A stretch of 64,000 bases of DNA from positions 29,505 to 93,504 of the forward strand of contig PWTU01000356.1 in the NCBI GenBank assembly GCA_003562775.1, written 5' to 3'. This DNA comes from Ignavibacteriales bacterium. Lineage in GTDB: Bacteria; Bacteroidota; Ignavibacteria; T3Sed10-11. Made by a program: the position numbers and the translations under genes. This document shows, in pieces, positions 49,518-58,229 of the stretch. A model generated the notes under the pieces. That model was not told where the DNA came from, did no database searches, and saw nothing but the letters and a program-made list of their open reading frames with translations. Each line of letters opens with the position of its first letter. The stretch's first letter is position 1.

Positions 49518-50531
49518 TTATTTCTCTATCGCATATCGAACGATCCTGTCACAGAGGTCTTCAAATTCGATACCGACTGCTCTGGCAGCTTTCGGCACCA
49601 GACTTGTGTTAGTTAAACCCGGGATTGTATTCGCTTCAAGACAATATGCTTCGTCTGCGTTATTCAAACGAAAATCCATCCTTCCAAAACCTTGACAACC
49701 AAGCACACGGAACGCTTTAATTGCTATATCCTGAATGTTATTTGATAAGACTTCATCCAGCGGCGCAGGGACAATGTAATCGGTCATACCGGCAGTATAT
49801 TTACTTCTATAATCGTAATAACCGTGTTTAGGACGAATCTCAATTATCGGTAACGGTTCATTTCCTAATACCGATACGGTAATTTCCTTCCCGGGAACAT
49901 ACATTTCTATGATTATTGTATCGGAAAATCTTAATGCCACCGTTAATGCTTCGTCAAGCTGATTCTCCTTCTGGATTATAGCCATTCCGACAGTCGATCC
50001 CTGATTGATCGGTTTCACTACAGCCGGATATCCGAACTGGCGGTCGATTTCATTTTTTATTACTTCGAGATCGTAATTTTTATAAACAGTGATCCAGGGC
50101 GGCGTCAATATACCGCACCCGGTAAATATCCTTTTTGAAATCAGTTTATCCATTGCCAATGCACTGCCAAGTACCCCCGAGCCGGTGTATGGCAACCCTC
50201 TATAATCAAGTAGCGCTTGAATTTTGCCATCCTCACCCCAGGTACCATGCAATGCAATAAAAACCGCCGAAACATCATCGGGGATCACATTATTGACGGT
50301 TTCGATATATGCCCGCTGCGAAAGAGGATTCCTGTTTACTGATTTCGGCGCTTCGCTCTTTATTGAAAAAGTAAATAAATTGTCTTCACTCGGCTGGTTT
50401 ACCCCATAGGCAGGGTCGATAACATATACCTCGTAATCTTTTGACCGTAATGCTTGTGCAACATTTTTACCGGATGCAAGGGAAATATCGCGTTCCGGCG
50501 AAACACCACCACATAGTAAAGCAATTTTCAA
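49518..50531 (-). CDS. ddl: D-alanine--D-alanine ligase
   Basis: GGVSPERDISL, LHGTWGEDG, an ATP-grasp core, and C-terminal EANTIPGLT. Confidence 0.93.
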   Translation of the reverse strand: MKIALLCGGVSPERDISLASGKNVAQALRSKDYEVYVIDPAYGVNQPSEDNLFTFSIKSEAPKSVNRNPLSQRAYIETVNNVIPDDVSAVFIALHGTWGEDGKIQALLDYRGLPYTGSGVLGSALAMDKLISKRIFTGCGILTPPWITVYKNYDLEVIKNEIDRQFGYPAVVKPINQGSTVGMAIIQKENQLDEALTVALRFSDTIIIEMYVPGKEITVSVLGNEPLPIIEIRPKHGYYDYRSKYTAGMTDYIVPAPLDEVLSNNIQDIAIKAFRVLGCQGFGRMDFRLNNADEAYCLEANTIPGLTNTSLVPKAARAVGIEFEDLCDRIVRYAIEK

Positions 50532-50646
50532 TTTTAATAATTCCTTCCTGTTTCAAGTAGTATTTATGCTGAAGTTGTTAAGTTAAACTTCTCTATATAC
50601 TCACATTTTTAACGAAATGCAACCATTATGAGGGTTTGTATCCGTT

Positions 50647-50662
50647 TGGCATAGTATTTGTA
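50647..50662 (+). promoter_or_regulatory. Candidate sigma-54 (-24/-12) promoter upstream of the PFOR operon
   Basis: TGGCAT-AGTAT-TTGTA. The GG-to-TTG spacing is identical to the consensus TGGCACG-N4-TTGCW, but the -12 element is GT instead of GC. It lies about 100 nt upstream of ATG 50761. Confidence 0.4.
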
Positions 50663-50760
50663 TTTTTTATACTTGAGTATAATAAACGCTAATTTACGTG
50701 TTGTATTATCAAAAGTGAAGAAAAATCTGTATTATTTTTTAAAATTTGGAGAAAATCTGA

Positions 50761-53700
50761 ATGTCAAGACTCAAGGTAACGATAGACGGCAATAATGCTG
50801 CTGCATTTATTGCGCATAAAACCAACGAAGTAATTGCTATTTATCCTATCACACCTTCTTCGGATATGGGAGAATTAGCCGACCAATGGTCAGCCGAGGG
50901 AATTAAAAATATCTGGAACACCGTACCGACAGTCATCGAAATGCAAAGTGAAGGCGGAGCGGCAGGTGCATTGCACGGTGCATTACAGTTAGGTTCGCTT
51001 GGAACTACATTTACGGCATCACAGGGTTTGCTCTTGATGATCCCGAATATGTTTAAAATAGCAGGCGAGCTTACTCCGACGGTTTTCCACATCGCGGCCC
51101 GCTCAGTAGCGGCACAGGCGCTTTCGATTTTCGGTGACCACAGCGATGTTATGTCAACACGTTCGACGGGATGGGGACTTATATCTTCCAATAATCCGCA
51201 GGAAGTTATGGACCTGGCTCTCATTGCACAAGCTGCAACCCTTGAGTCACGCATTCCATTTCTCCACTTCTTTGATGGTTTCAGAACATCTCACGAAGTC
51301 AGAAAGATCGAACAGATATCCGATGATGATATCCGCGCAATGATCAATGAAGAGCTGATTTTTGAACACAGGCGCAGAGCACTCTCTCCGGATAGCCCCG
51401 TAATACGGGGAACGGCGCAAAATCCCGATGTGTTCTTCCAGGGACGTGAAACGGTGAACCCGTTTTATCTGCGTACACCGGATATTGTCCAAAGTGCAAT
51501 GGATCGGTTTGCAAAGATTACCGGCCGGCAATATAAATTGTTCGATTATGTCGGCAGCCCTGAAGCGGAGCGGTTAATAGTATTAATGGGTTCCGGAGCG
51601 GATACAGCGGAAGAAACAGTGGAATACTTGTTAAGTAAAAATGAAAATGTCGGTATTTTAAAAGTCCGTTTGTATCGCCCGTTTTCGGTTGAACACCTCA
51701 TAAATGCAATTCCGAAGAGCGTAAAATCAATTGCAGTTCTTGACCGAACCAAAGAGCCGGGAAGCATCGGTGAACCGCTCTATCAGGATATTGTTACCGC
51801 ATTTACTGAATCGCTCGACAGTGACAATGCAAAGTTCAAATCACTCCCGACAATTATCGGCGGAAGATATGGATTATCGTCGAAAGAATTTACTCCCACG
51901 ATGGTGAAAGCGGTATTTGATGAACTTACGAAGTCGCGCCCGAAGAATCACTTCACCGTCGGCATTATCGATGACATCACGAAAACAAGTCTTGAGTTCG
52001 ACCCTGATTTTGACATTGAACCGGAAGAAACAATTCGCGCAATGTTCTTCGGACTTGGCGCTGACGGCACGGTCGGTGCAAATAAAAACTCCATCAAGAT
52101 TATCGGTGAGGAAACCGACAATTATGCCCAGGGCTACTTCGTATACGATTCGAAAAAATCAGGTTCGAGAACAACGTCGCATCTTCGCTTCGGGAAAAAA
52201 CCGATCAAATCTACATACCTTATCAGCAAGGCGAACTTTATTGCGTGCCACCAGGAAGTTTTCCTTGAAAAAATCGATATGCTCAAATACGCAATCAAAG
52301 GCGCAACATTCCTGTTAAACACACATTATCCGAAAGATGAGGTATGGGATAAACTGCCGAGACGTGTACAGGAACAAATCGTCGAGAAGAAAATTAACCT
52401 CTATGTTATCGACGGTTATAAAGTTGCACGCGAAACCGGAATGGGCGGTCGTGTGAATACGATTATGCAAACCTGTTTCTTCGCAATCTCGGGTGTATTA
52501 CCAAAAGATGAAGCCATTGCAAAAATAAAGGATGCTATTAAAAAAACATACGGCAGCAAAGGTGATGAAGTCGTTCAAATGAACTATAACGCTGTTGATA
52601 AAGCGGTTGAGAATTTACATAAAGTTGAAATCCCCGATAAGATTACAAGTACGATAGAGATGCCGCCTGTCGTACCAAAGGACGCCACGGATTATGTCAA
52701 GAATGTTACCGCGGAAATTATTGCAGGCAAAGGTGATCAACTGCCGGTTAGTAAAATGCCGATCGATGGCACCTTCCCGACTGCAACAACCAAATGGGAA
52801 AAGCGAAACATTGCAACTGAAGTACCGGTCTGGGATCCTGATGTTTGTATTCAATGCGGTAAATGTGTAATTGTATGTCCGCATGCCACTATCAGGCAGA
52901 AGGTATATGATCCAAAATATCTTGAAGATGCTCCCGAAACTTTTAAAGCGACAGATTATCGCGGACGCGAGTTCCCGGGAATGAAGTACAGCCTTCAGGT
53001 TGCAGTAGAAGACTGCACCGGTTGTGAATTGTGCGTTGAAGTCTGTCCTGCAAAGAACAAAAAAGAAACCCGGCTCAAAGCAATCAATATGCACCCGCAA
53101 TTTCCGTTACGTGAAAAGGAACGTGAGAACTGGGATTTCTTCCTCAACATTCCGGAAATCGACCGCAGAGAATTAAAGGTCGATACTATAAAGGGATCGC
53201 AATTCCTCGAGCCATTGTTTGAATTCTCCGGCGCTTGCGCAGCGTGCGGAGAAACTCCGTACGTAAAACTGGTAAGCCAGTTGTACGGAGATCGAATGGT
53301 CGTTGCAAACGCAACTGGCTGCTCATCGATTTACGGCGGCAATTTGCCCACAACTCCGTGGTCACAAAATAAAGACGGACGCGGACCGGCCTGGTCGAAT
53401 TCATTGTTTGAAGATAATGCCGAATTCGGTCTCGGTATGCGTCTCTCTATCGATAAAAACACCGAGTTTGCACGTGAACTTATCGCAACACTAAAAGCGG
53501 ATATCGGTGAAGAGCTTGCAGACACTATTCTCAACGCTGAACAAAACGACGAAGCGGATATCTACGAACAACGGCAGCGCGTCGAAAATCTCAAGAAGAA
53601 ACTCGAAAGCATCGATAAACCGCAGGCGAAACAATTACTCAACATCGCCAATTATCTTGTTAAGAAAAGCGTCTGGATAATGGGCGGCGATGGATGGGCG

Positions 53701-54342
53701 TATGATATCGGCTACGGCGGTCTCGATCATGTACTTGCTTCGGGCAAGAATGTCAATATCCTCGTACTCGATACGGAGGTGTATTCAAATACAGGCGGAC
53801 AGATGTCGAAAGCTACGCCGCGAGCAGCAGTTGCAAAGTTCGCTGCAAGCGGTAAACCGCTGCCGAAGAAAGACCTTGCACTTATCGCGATGATATATCG
53901 GGATGTTTACGTTGCAAAAATTGCAATGGGATCGAACGATGTTCACACCGTAAAGGCAATTATCGAAGCGGAAAAATTCGATGGTCCCTCGCTTATTATT
54001 GCGTATAGCCACTGCATCGCACACGGTATCAACATGGCAAAAGGTATGGAAAATCAAAAAGCGGCTGTAGATTGCGGACATTGGCCGTTATTCAGATACA
54101 ACCCCGATAACCGCAAGATAGGTAAAAAGGTGCTCTCACTTGATTCGAAACCTCCGAAAATACCGTTTGAAAAATATGCATATATGGAAACCAGATTCAA
54201 GATGCTCACCAAGAGTCACCCAGATGCTGCCAAAAAATTAATTAAGTTAGCACAAGAGGATACGGATTACCGTTATCATCTCATCGAAAAAATGGCTGAT
54301 ATTCTGGACGGCAAAATGAACGGGCAAAACGGCGAAGAATAA
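50761..54342 (+). CDS. nifJ: pyruvate:ferredoxin (flavodoxin) oxidoreductase
   Basis: 1193 aa single-chain PFOR. Two 4Fe-4S ferredoxin motifs (CIQCGKCVIVCP, CTGCELCVEVCP) and the TPP domain GGDGWAYDIGYGGLDH. Confidence 0.97.
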   Translation: MSRLKVTIDGNNAAAFIAHKTNEVIAIYPITPSSDMGELADQWSAEGIKNIWNTVPTVIEMQSEGGAAGALHGALQLGSLGTTFTASQGLLLMIPNMFKIAGELTPTVFHIAARSVAAQALSIFGDHSDVMSTRSTGWGLISSNNPQEVMDLALIAQAATLESRIPFLHFFDGFRTSHEVRKIEQISDDDIRAMINEELIFEHRRRALSPDSPVIRGTAQNPDVFFQGRETVNPFYLRTPDIVQSAMDRFAKITGRQYKLFDYVGSPEAERLIVLMGSGADTAEETVEYLLSKNENVGILKVRLYRPFSVEHLINAIPKSVKSIAVLDRTKEPGSIGEPLYQDIVTAFTESLDSDNAKFKSLPTIIGGRYGLSSKEFTPTMVKAVFDELTKSRPKNHFTVGIIDDITKTSLEFDPDFDIEPEETIRAMFFGLGADGTVGANKNSIKIIGEETDNYAQGYFVYDSKKSGSRTTSHLRFGKKPIKSTYLISKANFIACHQEVFLEKIDMLKYAIKGATFLLNTHYPKDEVWDKLPRRVQEQIVEKKINLYVIDGYKVARETGMGGRVNTIMQTCFFAISGVLPKDEAIAKIKDAIKKTYGSKGDEVVQMNYNAVDKAVENLHKVEIPDKITSTIEMPPVVPKDATDYVKNVTAEIIAGKGDQLPVSKMPIDGTFPTATTKWEKRNIATEVPVWDPDVCIQCGKCVIVCPHATIRQKVYDPKYLEDAPETFKATDYRGREFPGMKYSLQVAVEDCTGCELCVEVCPAKNKKETRLKAINMHPQFPLREKERENWDFFLNIPEIDRRELKVDTIKGSQFLEPLFEFSGACAACGETPYVKLVSQLYGDRMVVANATGCSSIYGGNLPTTPWSQNKDGRGPAWSNSLFEDNAEFGLGMRLSIDKNTEFARELIATLKADIGEELADTILNAEQNDEADIYEQRQRVENLKKKLESIDKPQAKQLLNIANYLVKKSVWIMGGDGWAYDIGYGGLDHVLASGKNVNILVLDTEVYSNTGGQMSKATPRAAVAKFAASGKPLPKKDLALIAMIYRDVYVAKIAMGSNDVHTVKAIIEAEKFDGPSLIIAYSHCIAHGINMAKGMENQKAAVDCGHWPLFRYNPDNRKIGKKVLSLDSKPPKIPFEKYAYMETRFKMLTKSHPDAAKKLIKLAQEDTDYRYHLIEKMADILDGKMNGQNGEE

Positions 54343-54374
54343 TAAACGGGATATTTTAACCAGCGAGGCAATAT

Positions 54375-55373
54375 ATGGACTTAACAACAATGTATTTAGG
54401 ACACACTCTTAAAAATCCGATCGTTCCTTCGGCATCACCATTGTCGAATGAAATCGAGAGTTTAAAGAAAATGGAAGATGCAGGCGCCGGAGCGGTGGTG
54501 CTCGAATCGCTCTTTGAAGAGCAGATCAGACACGAATCCAAAGAGCTTGATCACTACCTACAATTCGGCGCCGAGAGCTTCGCCGAGGCGGTAACTTATT
54601 TCCCGCAAGCCAGTGATTACCGGATAGGTCCGGAAGAATATCTGGAACACATACGGATGGCAAAAGATGTAATCGATATACCTGTGATTGCAAGTTTAAA
54701 CGGAGTCACCGTCGGCGGATGGATAGATTATTCCAGAAAAATTGAACAGGCAGGCGCCGATGCGCTGGAGCTGAACATCTATTATATACCGACAAATTCC
54801 CGGCTCTCCGGGGTTGAGGTAGAAAATTTATATATCGATATTCTCAAGGCGGTAAAAGCGGCGGTTACGATTCCGGTTGCAATGAAGCTCAGCCCCTTCT
54901 TCAGCTCATTGTCGCATTTCGCACGGCGGCTCGATGAAAACGGAGTAGATGGATTGGTTTTATTTAACCGTTTCTATCAACCCGATATTAATCTCGATGA
55001 GCTTGAGGTGGCGCCAAATCTTATACTCAGTACACCGCATGCTATGCGGTTACCACTCCGATGGATAGCAATACTGTATAGCATAATCAAAGCGGATTTC
55101 GCGGCTACAAGCGGTATTCATACCGCACAGGACGTTATAAAAATGTTGATGGTAGGTGCAAATGTGACGATGATGTGCTCGGCCCTTTTACGAAACGGTA
55201 TACCGCATATTACTACCGTTCTGAACGGTTTGAAACAATGGATGGAAGAGCATGAATATGACTCGGTAAATTTGATGCAAGGAAGCATGAGCCAGAAAAA
55301 TGTTGCAGATCCATCATCGTTCGAGCGAGCGAATTATCAAAAAGTGCTGCAAAGCTATAGACCGAATGTATAA
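54375..55373 (+). CDS. dihydroorotate dehydrogenase-like protein (non-PyrD paralog)
   Basis: TIM-barrel DHOD-like sequence starting MDLTTMYLGHTLKNPIVPSASPLS...VVLESLFEEQI. It is distinct from the bona fide pyrD at 5375..6325. Confidence 0.85.
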   Translation: MDLTTMYLGHTLKNPIVPSASPLSNEIESLKKMEDAGAGAVVLESLFEEQIRHESKELDHYLQFGAESFAEAVTYFPQASDYRIGPEEYLEHIRMAKDVIDIPVIASLNGVTVGGWIDYSRKIEQAGADALELNIYYIPTNSRLSGVEVENLYIDILKAVKAAVTIPVAMKLSPFFSSLSHFARRLDENGVDGLVLFNRFYQPDINLDELEVAPNLILSTPHAMRLPLRWIAILYSIIKADFAATSGIHTAQDVIKMLMVGANVTMMCSALLRNGIPHITTVLNGLKQWMEEHEYDSVNLMQGSMSQKNVADPSSFERANYQKVLQSYRPNV

Positions 55374-55431
55374 CAATATCGCACCCAACTGTCGTTCAGG
55401 ATCGACAGTTAGGTGATCGAGGGACGGCAAA

Positions 55432-55770
55432 ATGAAACGAACTGTTCAATCACAAATGAATGCAATTATTCGACGGGTCGGGAAAACCGAGGCTGAACAC
55501 CTGTTACATGAAGCGGAAACGTATATCTGTGCCCTGTGCGATATGGAGCGCAAACCCTGTGAAATTCACGCCGGCATAAAATGTGCAACTATGATACGTG
55601 AAGGCACCGAACTCGAGCTTCTGCGCAGAGCGGAAAAACAACAGCTTTCGAAATCGTACGGATCGTGTGTCATCTGCAATAACGATATTGAACAATCTGT
55701 TCTTGCGCTTAATCCGCTCGCAGAGTTATGCAATACATGCAGACCGTCGCCGAGAAAAGTAACTGCATAG
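55432..55770 (+). CDS. TraR/DksA-family C4 zinc-finger protein
   Basis: C-terminal CVIC-x17-CNTC has the same CxxC-x17-CxxC spacing as the DksA/TraR zinc finger. There is an extra Cys cluster near residue 35. Confidence 0.6.
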   Translation: MKRTVQSQMNAIIRRVGKTEAEHLLHEAETYICALCDMERKPCEIHAGIKCATMIREGTELELLRRAEKQQLSKSYGSCVICNNDIEQSVLALNPLAELCNTCRPSPRKVTA

Positions 55771-55797
55771 TGTATAATACATAATCCGGGTGGCAAT

Positions 55798-56853
55798 ATG
55801 CATGTCATTCTTGTAATCAATTCCGGTTCCACATCGACGAAGCTTGCAGTTTACAACGATTCATTCCAGGCGGCTTCAATCGTTATTAACCACCCCGTCG
55901 AATCACTGAAAAAGTACCAGCGTATCTGGGAGCAATTCGAATTCAGGTTACAGGTAATCCGAGAGTGGATTCACAGCCATAGTATTCGTCCGAATGCAAT
56001 AGCCGCAATGGGCGGTTTACTAAAGCCGGTATCCGGCGGAACTTACCGCGTAAATAATCAAATGATACAAGATGCACGGAACAATTATCAGGGTGAACAC
56101 CCCTCTAACCTCGGCTGCGCGCTTGCTCAGGAGATTGCAAATGAGTTCGGATGTGAAGCGTATATCGTCGACCCGGTATCGGTGGATGAGTTCGAGCCTC
56201 TCGCGCGTTACTCCGGTCATCCGCTTATAGAGCGACGTACGCTCTCACATGCGCTCAACTTGCACGCAACCGCACGGAGAGCGGCGGAAGATTTGAATAT
56301 CCCCCTCGACGAATCGTCATTCATTATCGCTCATCTTGGCGGTGGTATCTCGATTGCTCCTGTCCTTAACGGGAAAATTATCGACGTAAACGACGCGTCA
56401 AGCGACGGCCCCTTCTCCCCCAACAGAACGGGCGGTTTGCCATTGCAGCCGTTTATTTCGCTCTGTTTTTCGGGAAAACATACCGAACACGACCTACGCA
56501 CGATGGTCATGGGAAAAGGGGGATTAATTGCCTATCTTGATACTGCATCGGCAGAGGAAATAGAGGAAAGAATAGCAGAAGAGGATACAAAAGCAAAAGA
56601 AATATACGAAGCAATGACATATCAGATCGCAAAGGAGATAGGCGCGATGGCAACGGTCCTGCACGGAAAGGTTCACGCCGTCGTTCTTACCGGCGGTCTG
56701 ACTGCTTCAAACATGCTAACCGGTTGGATAACCGAACGCATCCGTTTCATCGCCGATCTAAAAATTTATCCCGGTGAAAACGAAATGGACGCACTTGCAT
56801 CGGCGGTTACCAGGGTTCTTAACGGCGCCGAAACGTTTAAGGAATATATGTAA
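55798..56853 (+). CDS. buk: butyrate kinase
   Basis: The N-terminus ILVINSGSTSTKLAVY, an ASKHA fold and 351 aa length fit Buk. Adjacent to ptb. Confidence 0.9.
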   Translation: MHVILVINSGSTSTKLAVYNDSFQAASIVINHPVESLKKYQRIWEQFEFRLQVIREWIHSHSIRPNAIAAMGGLLKPVSGGTYRVNNQMIQDARNNYQGEHPSNLGCALAQEIANEFGCEAYIVDPVSVDEFEPLARYSGHPLIERRTLSHALNLHATARRAAEDLNIPLDESSFIIAHLGGGISIAPVLNGKIIDVNDASSDGPFSPNRTGGLPLQPFISLCFSGKHTEHDLRTMVMGKGGLIAYLDTASAEEIEERIAEEDTKAKEIYEAMTYQIAKEIGAMATVLHGKVHAVVLTGGLTASNMLTGWITERIRFIADLKIYPGENEMDALASAVTRVLNGAETFKEYM

Positions 56854-56918
56854 GCGCGAATTCGGATATGTACCGGGATTTGGCGCAATAGCGAAAATAA
56901 TTTAAAGTAAACACAACC

Positions 56919-57851
56919 ATGAAAACTCCTATACACACATTCGACCAACTTATGACCGTTGCGGCAGATCTGCCCGAAAAGAAAGTCGCCGTCATCTTTG
57001 CCAACAATGCCGAATCCTTTAAAGCAATTGTTGAAGCACAAGAGAAACTCAACATACATTGCATCGTCAGCGGCAAGCGGGAAATAATTGAAAATGGCAT
57101 CGCGGAACAAAACGGCAACCCCGAAAGGGTAACGATCGTTGAATCCGGTCAACCGGTCGATGCATTGCGGGCGGCGATCGATCTTGCCCGAAAAGGAGAA
57201 GTCGATATCCTCTTAAAAGGAAGCGTCGATACTTCGACAATGATGAAGGAAGTATTGAAAGACGACAGCGGGTTGAAAACAGGACGGCTGTTGAGCGATA
57301 TCTTCCTGCTCGAATACCCGCAATACAAAGAAAACAAGTTCGTCATGATCACCGACGGCGGAATGACGCTCGCTCCGGATTTAATGAACAAGGCCGAGTT
57401 AATCCGCAATGCTGTTGATGTTGCTCATGCGCTCGGAATTGAAAATCCAAAAGTTGCCATACTATCTGCCACCGAGTTTGTCACGCCGAAATTGCAGTCA
57501 ACAATCGACGCCGCAGCACTAACAAAAATGAATGAACGCGGACAGATAACCGGCTGTGTTGTCGATGGTCCGCTCGCACTCGATAATGCAATATCGGAAG
57601 AAGCTGCGCGTGAAAAGGGGTTAAAATCACTCGTCGCCGGAAATGCCCAAATACTCATCGCTTCAAATATAGAAGCAGCCAATAGTCTTGCCAAAAGCAC
57701 CACCTATTTCGGCAATATCCGCCTCGCTCATGTAATAATCGGTTCACGTGTTCCGATACTTATTCCATCGCGTTCCGATAAAAGCGATGCGAAGGTGTTA
57801 TCGATAGCGCTGGGGATGGTGATGAGTGAGTTTATGAAGAGGACGGATTAG
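56919..57851 (+). CDS. ptb: phosphate butyryltransferase / phosphotransacylase
   Basis: PTA_PTB family sequence (ITDGGMTLAPD, VDGPLALDNA, IPSRSD). 310 aa. Confidence 0.88.
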   Translation: MKTPIHTFDQLMTVAADLPEKKVAVIFANNAESFKAIVEAQEKLNIHCIVSGKREIIENGIAEQNGNPERVTIVESGQPVDALRAAIDLARKGEVDILLKGSVDTSTMMKEVLKDDSGLKTGRLLSDIFLLEYPQYKENKFVMITDGGMTLAPDLMNKAELIRNAVDVAHALGIENPKVAILSATEFVTPKLQSTIDAAALTKMNERGQITGCVVDGPLALDNAISEEAAREKGLKSLVAGNAQILIASNIEAANSLAKSTTYFGNIRLAHVIIGSRVPILIPSRSDKSDAKVLSIALGMVMSEFMKRTD

Positions 57852-57870
57852 AAAGATAAACCCTCTTAAT

Positions 57871-58152
57871 TCACTCCTCCATAATCCTCTCCTCATACTC
57901 CGGGAAATACCGGCTGATGACCGGTAAATCGAATTTACTCATTATCATTTCTTTCGGTTCACGGTGTAATAAAAATTTAAACGACTTAATAACGAGGTCT
58001 TCAGGTGTAATTTTACCACCGGTCAATTTTTGATAGTAATCGTTCTTGACCTCAACCGTATGAGTAGATGTACTCTTGTCCTCAACTACCTCTACTTTAA
58101 AAACCGATTTAGTATCGTCTTTAGAAAGTTGCTCAAATTTAATTTCTGCCAT
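57871..58152 (-). CDS. conserved hypothetical small protein
   Basis: 93-aa ORF, convergent with ptb. The FLLHREPKEMIMSKFDLPVISRYFPEYE segment resembles a widespread uncharacterised family that I cannot name. Confidence 0.6.
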   Translation of the reverse strand: MAEIKFEQLSKDDTKSVFKVEVVEDKSTSTHTVEVKNDYYQKLTGGKITPEDLVIKSFKFLLHREPKEMIMSKFDLPVISRYFPEYEERIMEE

Positions 58153-58229
58153 AATCTGTACCTATAACTTAAAGTTTACATTACTACTTGTCCTTCATAA
58201 ATTACAATATTCAACAGAAAAATGCCAAT

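Noticed and set aside
55387-55410. Perfect 8-bp hairpin AACTGTCG-ttcaggat-CGACAGTT between the DHOD-like and DksA-like genes, considered as a terminator
   Set aside because: It has no following U-tract, and the next gene starts 22 nt later with its own AGGGA-type ribosome-binding site. It is more likely a neutral or processing hairpin than a terminator.
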